Positions 38,751 to 49,648 of a stretch of DNA of 64,000 nucleotides are shown piece by piece. The stretch is taken from the NCBI GenBank assembly GCA_037447605.1, contig CM074805.1:3815361-3879360 (forward strand), written 5' to 3'. The stretch's first letter is position 1. Every line of letters starts with the position of its first letter. The notes below the pieces were generated by a model. That model did no database searches. It had not been told where the DNA came from and saw only the letters and a list, made by a program, of their open reading frames with translations. Made by a program: the position numbers and the translations under genes. This DNA is from Zygnema circumcarinatum SAG 698-1b. Its lineage: Eukaryota > Plantae > Zygnematophyceae.

Positions 38751-41700
38751 ATGGTTGAAAATGCGGATGCAGGACCTGTAGCTGAAGCTTCTGCGTGTGA
38801 TGTTTCAAAAACAGAGTCAGAGATAGAAAAACACGATGCAACCGCACAAGCAGACGTATCAATGAACAATGACGAAGCGGATGTGAAGGGTAAGGAAGCA
38901 GAACAAAATGCAAGTGTTGCGGAAGCAGAAGGAGGGCCGACAGCAGTTACACGAGAAGTTACCATGGCTGAGGAGGGTATGGTCGCCAAGCCTGTGGAGG
39001 CATTGCCCGCTCTCGAGGGGACAACTGGCGTGCAAGAAGGGTCTGCGGGAAATGAAGGTGCAGCGGTAGCTGCAGACGAACAAGGGCCTCCTGCTGATTT
39101 GAATGACTCTTCTCCTACACCTGCAACTCAGGATGAGCTCTTGACAGAAAGCCAGGAGGAGAGTTTGGTGCCTGACGACCAACCGGATGTTTCCGATCCA
39201 GCACTTACAACTGAGAATTCTTCATCTTCAAAGATGGTTGCGAGCCCATCTGCTGAAGCCATCCTCGCTGTTCAAAAGCCCACATCGGAAGGACTAAGCA
39301 ACAAGAGAAATACCCAAAACTCTTCAACTGGAACGCCTCAGGGCTCCAGTAGCTTCGGATTTTTCAACAGATTACCAGCATTTCGCTCAACTTCAGGTTT
39401 TGCGGGATCAGGGGGCGTAGGGGAGAAGCAGCAAAGTCAGGTTTTCACTGGAGCAGCTGTTTCGTCTAATGCTAGGGAGGTTTTGAAAGGAGCTGAGAAG
39501 CTCCAAGAGAGTGCTAAAACCGCCATAAGTAGCTTTCTCTCTAACTCCAATTTTAGTAAAGGCTTACTAGACTCGCATTACGACAAGGTACCGCTCGTGG
39601 ACACTCCTTCAGACAGTAAACCAGTTTTGGCTTCTGGCCAGTTTGGTAGCATGTGGAAGCAATTAGCCTCGTTGCCCTTGACAGGTGTCGGAGCCACAGT
39701 TTCCTCAGGCACGGCAGGAAACCCTAATATCCGGCACCAGGTGCCATCTACAGTTACGAAAAAGCCTGTCACAATTGCCTCTAAAGTTGAGCCTGTGTCT
39801 GTGCAAAATGGAGCTGCAGCAGATGGAGCTGAAAGCAGTCTCGTGAAGTCTGATGCTGCAGCTGCGAACGAGGTCGAGATGGCACCCTCTGCACAAGAGA
39901 TTGAAAATGTTTCATCAGGTGCTAAAACGAGCGAAGGAATAGATTCAAAAATCGAGGTGAAAGCTGAAACTTCAGCTGACACACCAAGCAATATGACTCT
40001 TCCTGTGAAAGGCAGTGTAGCTGGAAAAGGAACAGCGACTGGAACAGGAACTATTGGCTTGTTAACGAAAAACATCCTCGACGGTTCAAAAACGTCCTTG
40101 AAGGTCATTCAGACTAAAGCACGGCATATGGTTTCGCAGAATAAGCGCAGGTATCAGGTCAGTGGACAAACCCTTTTCCCTGTTGACTATCAGTAGCCTG
40201 GCCTGTTATTCTTTGAACGTATGGAGTTAGTAATTTATAGCTGTGATTCATGCAGGAGGATGGCTTTGACCTGGATATGGCCTATGTAACTGAAAACATC
40301 ATTGCAATGGGCTTCCCTGGAGGAGACATCAGCTCCGGAATCATTGGTTATGTGGAGGTGAGGGGTATTTACTTGGAAAACAACAATTGTGGACATTGTC
40401 ACCTGAATCTGTCTAGAGGTACTTGTCAGCAATGACACGCTAAACCTTGGCGGGTATCCAGATTCGTTTAAAGCTAGAATCGTCCAAGAGTTGATTGTTG
40501 ATTATCCTGGGATTTGATGGCAGGGTTTCTACCGCAACCACATGGAAGATGTGATTCGGTTCTTGGAAACACGCCACAAAGTACGCAACTATCTACTTTG
40601 CTCTGTTTTTTAGCTTCAAGAATGTTTGTGGTTTGCTTGCAATTAAGAATAAGCGTGGCACTAGAACAAATGCTTGGTTGATTTGCACGAGTTGGCTTAG
40701 CCACATCAGAGTTTGACAGGACAAATAGGGAACTTCGCCTAGACTTGATTACAGATTGGCTTTGGTTTAGCCATAGTGCTACTAACTGATATGAAGATAT
40801 CCAGTCTGAGGTACAAGATCTAGTCACAGAAATTCCATTGTGGCGGCACTCTTGGAAATTCTCCTAAAAGATTGCAGCCATTTTTGTAGCTGAACATGAA
40901 GTCCATTAGCGCATTCTGGATTAGAAATTTTGGCAATAAGGAAGAGTAAACTTTTATTCCGGACCCCAGTGATGTCCATTTTGCCCATTGAAGCTGCTTG
41001 TTCTCATTCACTTCTATAGCTTTGTTTCACAGTCTTTCAACTTACGCAGGATTAACCGTGAGGCAAGACACTGGATGTGCAGGAGAAATACAAAGTCTAC
41101 AATCTCTGCTCAGAGCGGCTTTACGATGCGGCCCTGTTTGAGGGCAAGGTGAGCTTCCGCCAAGGATTCATCCTTAAGGAGGGCTCACATTCTTCAGTGT
41201 ACTTACAAGTCAAACTGTCAGATCAGTACAGAAGTACATCTTTTTCATGCTGAGTGAACTAACTGAAGTGGGATTGTAAGTCCTACTTCCTAGAAAACTC
41301 GTGAGAATCAATATATAGCCTACGCTTAGCTTGGTAAACTTGACAAGCCATTTGGGCCAAAACCTGCAAGAACGTACCCCGCCTTTTGGGCTCACAAGCA
41401 GTTCAGTTTTCTGCAGGTCGCCACATTTCCCTTTGAAGACCACAACTGCCCCCCCCTCTCCCTGCTCATGGCCTTCTGCGAGAGCGCCTACGATTGGCTC
41501 AAGGGCGGACTGGACCGCGTCTGTGTGGTGCACTGCCGGGCGGGGATGGCACGGACAGGACTTATGGTCTGCTGCCTGCTGCTCTATTCCAAGGTATGTA
41601 TGGTATATGAGGGGGAAGGTCAATGCTTCCGGATGTAGCAGCTATTGCAAGTTGTTTGTATTGCTGGGTCCGGAATGTCTTGTTTTGGCTAGAACTGCTG

Positions 41701-44700
41701 CATTTTTTGAATGGGTTTGCACTGCTGACATTTATAGGAAGTTCGTTTCACTTACAGTAATTTGACGCGCAGTTGTTGACATGGAACTTTGGCACTGGCA
41801 GGTTTTCACTTCGGTAGAGGAAGCAGTCGTATACTACAACAACAAGCGCACCACTGATGGCAAAGCACTTGTCCTTCCCAGCCAAGTGGTCAGCACTTGA
41901 GACACACAAACCATGTCGTCTGCAAAGACTGATGAAATGCGTTCGTTGGATATGTAGCCAACCACTAGGGGCTGTCGAGTGTGTGTAGCTTCCATTACTT
42001 GAAGACTACTTGACTACTGCTACTTGACCTAAGGAGCTATGTACTTAGCTGTATAGAACTTCAATCTGACGTAGAATGGGGTTATTCTGGGCAGCGTTAC
42101 GTCCATTACTTCAATCGTATCCTCACTGACTTCGATTCCATCACTCCATCCCCTCGCAAGTAAGCCGAGTCTGCTATGAATTATTCACAGTCCTAGTTTA
42201 CGAGTTGAGCTCTCTGTTTGTCTATCATGTTTTGTTTGTCAGTGCCTATTTCTCCATTGCCTATTTTGGCGAGCATGCTTCACAAATGTAGACAGGCACA
42301 CATAAACTAACTTTGGAACTTTATCTCACCATGTCTACCCGCCAGATGTATACTCAGAGGCATTCGACTGCACAAGTGTCCATATTGGATCCGTCCGGGC
42401 ATTACTGTGTCCAACCATTCAGGTAGTTTCCAGATAGCCACAAACTACTTTTGCATGCGTAGTTTTGAGATAAGCGTCCACTGTGGGATACATCAAGATT
42501 TGGGTCTACTTCCATCCATGCTTGGCGATTATGTCTATCGTTTGAGGCTTTGAGAAGGAATGAAGAGCAACTAGGTCTTTGGCAAAAATATGAGGCAAAA
42601 ATCCGTTTTGCAGGTGTACTATTCTCAAGTAGGCGGCATCCTCAAACTCGAGACCTGCTGGTGAGAGCTCATCGAGCAATACATTTGACTAGCCCATTAT
42701 TGAGTTCTTCGCTTAGACTCTCACCATTCCAAACACAAATGTATGAGTTGCAGCCAACAATCTTATCCTCTATCTGTGAAATAAGCCTTCAAAAGAACAT
42801 GTGCCTCTGAAACCGGGAGTTTTCAAGACTGCCTTACCCAACTGGAGGCAAGAAGGAATAGCATTGAGGGAAGGGTTGGATATGTGAAGTATCCATCTTT
42901 TGGGGCCTTCGGTTTCAAAAATAGCAAGGATAGCGTTAGTGTCAAGTACATTGGCGAGAGTCTCTGTAGTCTTGTTTGCATTCCGCGGTGCTTGAAATTC
43001 AGTCCTTAGAAGAGGTAAACTGAGGCTTTTGGGTTCAGAAACACTCAGATGATCATGTAATATGGTGAATATGGTGAATGGGGTCACCAGCCGGATGACA
43101 TTTGGCACAATGCCCCGCGCAAAGGAGTGGTAGTGTTCGCATTGCCGGGAGAGCGGTGTGTGGCAGAGGTTGCCGGTGACTTCAAGATTTCATTCCAAGA
43201 TCGTCATGGGGACTTCTACTGGTGAGTGCATTGAGCTTACCAAGTTGGTGAAATATATAACATATGGAAGGGCTTAATTATGCATTCCGGTCCAGGTGTC
43301 AACACCCTTATCTTTCCTGCCTGATGGGTTTGAGGGAGAGGAAGGGATGTTGTGGTAACAGCTGGCTGAACACGAGCATGATGCAAACTCGGCAAATTCT
43401 GAATACTGGTGACCTGGATGGTTTCGACAAGGTATTTTCTTCTGCTTTTATCGAATGTCGTAGGGGACAACCATGATAGAGAGCGATTATCGTGTGAATT
43501 CTCAAAACAGCCTTTGGAAAAACCTCGGACATTCACAGCCGTGAATGTACACCACTCTCCCATTACTCGCCGTTCGTGTTGAACTTTTTTGTGCGGATAG
43601 GATACCTAGCACATAATTGAATGCTCACTATGTTTCGAATTGAACGCTCACTATGTTCCCACTGCCTTCTCGAACCTCAAATCTTACTTTTGGGGCTTGT
43701 TTACGGTGCGCAGAGAAGGCTGGGTTCTCCGGGTTTCCAAGTGGAGGTGGTAGTGCTCGACCATGATTCCCCTCTACCCAGTAAGCCAAAGCCCCTCCCT
43801 CCTCCTGCAACCGACAGTTCTAAGGTCCCCCCCAAAGCCTCTGCACCCCAAGGGCCGAGCGCACTGTCAGCAGCAGCAACAGCGGCTGCCAGTGCAACGG
43901 TGAATGCATTTCAAGCCTTTGTTGGTGGGGGGGCTCCCGCTGGAGAGAAAGGAGAGAGAAAGGGGGGTGTAGCGGCAGATAGTGCGAGCAGAGGAAGGGT
44001 ATCTCCTGGGCAAAAAGTGAGGGAAGCGGAAGCAGGGCCAGCTGTAGCTTCCAGCCCGTCTTTGCATAAAGTAGAAGAAGATGTGGGCGTACTGGGGAAT
44101 GATGATATCTTCAGTGACAGTGATTCGGAGGAGGAGGAAAGCAAAGCAATGGAAGATCAAGGCAAGCGGCAGAAAGGGGCTGCCGAGCAGCCAGTTTCAG
44201 GTTCTGGGCAGGGTGAAGCAGGAAACCCTGCCCCAGGAACAGCCGCTGCAGCTCTGAATTTATTCACAAGTGCTCTCACGTCATCTGTGAAGGACCTGGG
44301 AGATGGATTCAATGCTATGGGAGGAGTGAGTTTGAGAAACGCAATGGACTCCTTTCGAATGGGCAACCCGGCGGCACAAAAAGAGGCCTTTAGCAGTTCT
44401 GGCTCGATTAGAGCTGCTGCTGCGGAGGATAAGTCAAGCGGTGGTGAGAGAAGGCAGGCTCCAATATTGAGGGGAGGGTCGGGTGCAAATGTGGCCTCGC
44501 TTGATGTGCCGGGTGAGGAGGAGTTCATTCCCTTGACTGAGCTTTTTCGGTGTCTTGTTGTTCATGATGTTGGCTTAAAGGGTACGAAGTCATGGAGTCA
44601 GAGGTAGACCGGTCATTTTTTTTGAGAACAGAAAGTTGTACGTTTGGACAAGTACGATAATTGCCAGGTAGCAGGAGCAGCTTGCGGGAGGAATAGAATC

Positions 44701-45109
44701 TATGTGAGTTCAGTCTTTCAGAATGCTAGGAAGAGTCCTGGGTTACGGTGTTGTCCTTGGCTTCCTTCTGCGAACTTCCGTTCTGCGGATGCACTGACCA
44801 TTGACGATAGTCCTTTCTATGGCAGCTGTTCCTCATGCCGACCCCGGGAAAGAGCTATCAAGGGAGGGTAGCAGCTTAAGTATACCTTCGATGAAGGCGG
44901 AGAGCTCGACCCGTGACTCTGGAGAGAGAGAGGGTGCCACATCACTACTGGGGAAGGCGGAATCAGTATATCTTTCTGACGGAGCTGCGGGGAATGAAGG
45001 ACCGATTTCGTCACACTCGAGCGACTTCAAGGCCTTGGCTGCTGCCAGCTCAGCGGACATGTCAGTGTTCACATTTGGGGACGATGAGGACTTCGATGAT
45101 GAGCAGTGA
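38751..45109 (+). CDS. PTEN2: PTEN2-type phosphoinositide phosphatase with very long N-terminal extension and C2 domain
   Basis: [67 protein letters not shown], P-loop VVHCRAGMARTG, LVLPSQVRYV, ELAGDFKISFQDRHGDFY, WLNTSM and DLDGFDK. C-terminus SVFTFGDDEDFDDEQ* is typical of plant PTEN2. Confidence 0.95.
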
Positions 45110-46170
45110 TGATCTCATGCTTTAAATGGACGATGGGACTTCTCGTCAATTGAAGGCGACCATGGTTCCCCCAAGGAATGCCACACAGATGACACTGCGG
45201 CCTTACTTTGAATGAAGGCGAACAAAAAACTTGTCGCGAGACGACGCATCAAGATGTGTAAAATACATAGAACTACTACCGGATTGTGACTTAATACTAT
45301 TTGGGTCCTTCGAAAACAATGACGCGAGACAATCTGGGTGCCGAAGTTTAGAAATCTTTGCTTTTAGGCTGTCGCAAGTGGATCTTTCGAATTTACATGG
45401 AACCAATGTAAAGTGCTGGACAGACAAGCCGAGATGTATTGCCAACGGACCGAGAATGTATCCTGACTGCTGCCACTTAGGCCTTGCAATTAATATTACA
45501 ATCTGCAATTTCAACATCTGGATGCTATGATCATCATGGTGCTTGTGTGCGCTTCGGACTCCTCAGAAGGACCGTGCGACGTTGATCTTGAACTTGATTT
45601 GCCGACTACAGACACATAAACGTGACCAACACGGAGGAGTCGAGACATGGAATGCTCTGCTGACCGACGATATTGATGCACTTGATCTCCGTGAACCCGA
45701 CCAGCACAACGGAACTGCTAACTATACCAACATATGAAAGCTATGGAAAAGAGCACATGGCCCCAGAGAGTCGTGGAACGCAGCTGTCAAACCCTGTGCT
45801 AGATTGCGCCATGGCGGCTGCTCAGTCATCACATGGAAATGCAGTTTAGCGATCGCCACTGACTCTTTATTAGAGATGGAAGCTTTACTCCACCGTTCTG
45901 ATAGAAACAACGAAAAGTCGACGAGCCTGACATCCAACCAATATCCGTAGTCAGACGTGCAATACAAATCCTTGGCAAAGTAATTCTGCTCTATTGACAC
46001 GCTTGCTACGAATTAGACCCCACAACCAACTAATGCATGGACGAGGCATTCGCCAAACAGTTGCACAAAGCGCAACCTTCAAGTCAGCCCAACCATAAAG
46101 CACGAGTCTCCCTGCCCACCGGCTTCTCTGATTCGACTTTTTTCTAAACACGCGCGACCATGGCCTAGCC

Positions 46171-48656
46171 CTATTTGCCCCCCTTGAGAGAAGCGACCTT
46201 GGCAATGGCTTCATCGCGAGAGGATGGAAACAGCTCCACATAACGTGAGCCCATTTTGCACCGATGTTTGCCCATGGCTGCTCGAGCATCATCCGCACTT
46301 GCAAACTCTGCAAAGCCTTCTCCTGTCGACCGACCCTCCGCACTTTGCACTATATGTACACTGTTATCTGTCAAGTCAAAGCCTTGAAAAAATTCAATCA
46401 CGTCCTGCAGAAACGTACAGGGAACGACAGGTGTTAATGTAAGGCAAAATTTAGGTTGCTACCCACACTAAAAGGAACCGGACGTTCAAGACTTAGATAA
46501 TTGCGACGAGTTAAGTAGAAAAGTAAGTAAGCTTAGTAAGCCCACCAATTTGGTTGCCGTGTACGGTAGGCCGCGCATCCATAAGACCCCCGTATGCTCC
46601 TTTTCACTCCTCTCCTCGAATCCCACAATTGCCTGTGATGGCTGATCCACAGAGCCTAGCTTGTGACCACTTGCAACTGCAGCATCTAATCCACCCAAAG
46701 TGGAACCGGCATAAAGTCCACCATCCATAGCCACTTCGGCGGCTATGGCATTGTAGTAGTCGGCCTTCTTGCTGCGAAACACTTCAACGTAACGCCGACC
46801 CAAGTTCTGCTTGTTCCTCTGTTGGCAAAAGATTAGGGCATCAAGTCAGCTCTCAAGGCAATGGTAGAACTAGCTTAGCAATCAACAAAAGGAGACGCGC
46901 AGTGGCAGTGTTCGAGAAGACAGTATACATGAGATGGCAGCAGAGCTGGTTTGAAGGCTATGGATAGACAGCCTGTGTCCTATGACCAAAAAAAAAAAAA
47001 AAAAACAGAACATTGCTGGTCACTTGCTGACGGACTTCGAGGAGTCATAGGAAAGAAATGGACAGGCTATTTCAACAACATGCTTCCAATCCGACTCTAG
47101 CCATTATTCACTTCTGAGCAATACAACACCCAAAAGGGCACAAGCTTACTCGGCAACCATACATGTTACTTTTGAAAAAGCAACAAGGTCGAGTATTAAA
47201 AATGTTCAACACAACACTTCACCATCAATGAGTTGAAGAGAAATGAATGAAAAGAAGAGGTCGAAAAGTTTGGTTGACGAATCTAAGGCTTCATCAAAAC
47301 CAAACCCTAGTTGACAAGTGACGATAAAGACTGTGAATGGAGAAATAGAAGACGAGATGCCCTGCAGCCATGGTCAGTCACACAGCAAATTGGAACAGAA
47401 CTCTGCACGACAGAGTACAAGAGGTATTGCATTGAAACAAACGACAGTCGGCACCTGTGATAGGTGCTGAGTTGAGAAAAAAATTCTACGATGTATCTTA
47501 ACTGAAATCTCCGGAGCATGGAATGAGGAGATAATAATCTCCAGACACCATCATCTCCTTCCATACCAATCCCAACACCACTTCCTGTAATCATCCTGTA
47601 ATCATCCTGTAATCATCCTGTAATCATTCCTGTAATTACTTCTAATTCCTCCAATCCCCCAAGAACACAAAAAATAGAAAGAGCAAAACCAACCTGGAGT
47701 GCTCCTTCCACCTGGGCCATCGACGACAGCACAACAAGCGCTTCTCCCGAAAACCTCCCTGTTTTTCTCACCATGAGCACATCCAGCACCTCCAAGCCCA
47801 CCAGGAAGTCCAGCACTTCCCACTCCTGGCAAGAATATGGTAGCCCTCGCAACTTGACAACTGGCAGACCCCCACCCTGCTGCAGCCCCGGCCCTCCCAC
47901 CAGTCCCACTGCCGACCCTCCCGTCCGGGCCCCTCCCATCCCCGCCCCGCCCATGGGCTGCCCTGCCCCGAAGCCCCCCATGACCCCTCCCATGGCTCCT
48001 AGAGCGCCAATGCCCATGCCCATGGCCCCCCTCCCCATGCCGCTGCCCATGACCGCTCCACCAACTCCTCCCAGACCTGCCCCGAGGTTCATTCCCAGAC
48101 CCCCTCCCAGGCCGCCGCTCATGCCAGGCGCCATGCTGCCAAGAGCGAGATGCCCCATCCCTGGCACCGCCCCACCTTGGTAGTAGGGATCCATGCCGGC
48201 CCCGCCCACCATAGCCCTCTGCCGCTTTCCCGGATTCATCTCAAACCCGTCTTGTGCCCGCCCGCCCAACATATCCCTGGAAACCCCCTCCCCCATCCCC
48301 CCCGAGCCCCGCCATCCCACCACTCTCCCACCTTCGGTCAATACCTCCCAGCCACCTCCTAAAACTCTTACACCCTTCTCTCAAAAGCCCGCTTCCTCCC
48401 AGTTTCTCTACCCCATAAATCCAGGACTGCCCTCCCTCTAGCCTATGCCTTAACGTCCCATGCAGCCATATGCACTTCCCACCTCCTCCCTTGCATCCAG
48501 TCATAACTGATGATGCCCCTAATATCCCCGTCCAGCACTGCGACCGCCCTCTGCCAGCCATCACTTGCCGACAGGAGCCCAAACTGCACAGCAGCAGCCC
48601 TAACGAGACACAAACCCCCAAGGCACGCTTATCACTTACCCTCCTCGCCCGTACAT
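46171..48656 (-). CDS. hnRNP F/H-like (quasi-RRM x2) RNA-binding protein with Gly/Met-rich N-terminus
   Basis: A 17-nt first exon ATGTACGGGCGAGGAGG|GTAAGT (MYGRG) joins in phase to DMLGGRAQDG. Further motifs VVKLRGLPYSC, GRFSGEALV, QNLGRRYVEVFRSKK, MRGLPYTATK and GRSTGEGFAEF...MGSRYVELF. Confidence 0.92.
47584..47637. repeat. 11-bp tandem repeat (CCTGTAATCAT x~4.5) in an hnRNP intron
   Basis: Direct reading. Confidence 0.9.
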
Positions 48657-48969
48657 AAAGTGCAAACCCTCAAACACCCCTCCCGCCTGATCCAGAACTC
48701 TCCCGTCCTGCCCCCCTCCCTCCCTCTTCCTCTCTCTCACTCTCTCTTTTTTTCTCTCTCGCTCCCTCTCCTCTTCTCCCTCTCCTCTCTCTCCCTCCTC
48801 CCCGCCTCGCCTCCTTAGCAGCCCGCCAAACTCTGTCCATTCACGAGCAGAGCTGCTTCTTAAGAGCGCGCTTGGCGTATCATATCGTATCGTCTTTATC
48901 GTGCCGAAAATATCGCATCGGAGAAGACCTTTTTCTGTACGGTGCGGCTTACGGGGCCAAGCGATACTG

Positions 48970-49152
48970 AAGTCAACCGACTTCAACCGACGTCAACGAA
49001 AGTCGACCGAAGTCGATTGACGACAAACCAAATACCATTGGAGTGTTGGCGACCAACCGTTGGAGTGTTGACGACCAACCGTTGGAGTGTTGACGACCAA
49101 CCGTTGGAGTGTTGGTGACCAACCATTGGAGTGTTGGCGACCAACCGTTGGT
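48970..49152. repeat. Compound promoter minisatellite: 10-bp units (AGTCAACCGA-like x5, 48970-49020) followed by 22-bp units (ACCRTTGGAGTGTTGRYGACCA x5.4, 49034-49152)
   Basis: Unit boundaries at 49034, 49056, 49078, 49100, 49122 and 49144, read directly. Confidence 0.9.
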
Positions 49153-49192
49153 AAATGTTGCCAAGGCCAAACCGGAAGGCCCACGAGAGAGC

Positions 49193-49213
49193 GCCACGTG
49201 TCATACACGTGGC
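49193..49213. promoter_or_regulatory. Perfect inverted pair of ABRE/G-box elements GCCACGTGT-CAT-ACACGTGGC
   Basis: Both halves match the ACACGTGGC ABRE consensus; ~440 bp upstream of the channel ATG. Confidence 0.6.
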
Positions 49214-49648
49214 ACCTCCAGAATCACCCGCCCGGGCCTGGACCAGCGCGTACGTGGAATAATTTAATGTCATATGCCACGTTTCGACATATTATTGGTA
49301 AATAAATGTTATCCTTGTCTTATTAGGGTACGAATTAGAGATCTGAATTTCGAAAAGTCAACTTCCCCCGCTCCAAACGATTCCCGTCAGCATGCGCGTG
49401 AGTACGTCAGCAACGTTGGACCACGGCAGTTACTTTTCAGAAGATGTCGTCACTTGAACCATGAAATCCAGACTTGGGAGTCCCCAAGCAAACCGGAGCT
49501 GCTAGTTGCCAACGTGGTGACGTCACCCCAACCTCCCCTCGGGCCGCCTGCTCATCCTGCCAAGAGCAGGAGCAGGGAAGGCCAACTGTCTCTGGGAGGG
49601 AGGAGGGAGGAGGGAGGAGGGAGGAGGGAGGGAGGAGGGCGGAGGGCC

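Noticed and set aside
45231-45530. 99-aa ORF between PTEN2 and the hnRNP gene
   Set aside because: Lies in convergent 3' UTR space with no recognisable motif or splice support.
49274-49648. In-frame upstream ATG extending the K+ channel by 125 aa
   Set aside because: Traverses promoter-like sequence and the GA repeat. The 49649 ATG has a strong context (GGCCATGG) and a length matching Shaker N-termini. It cannot be excluded without TSS data.
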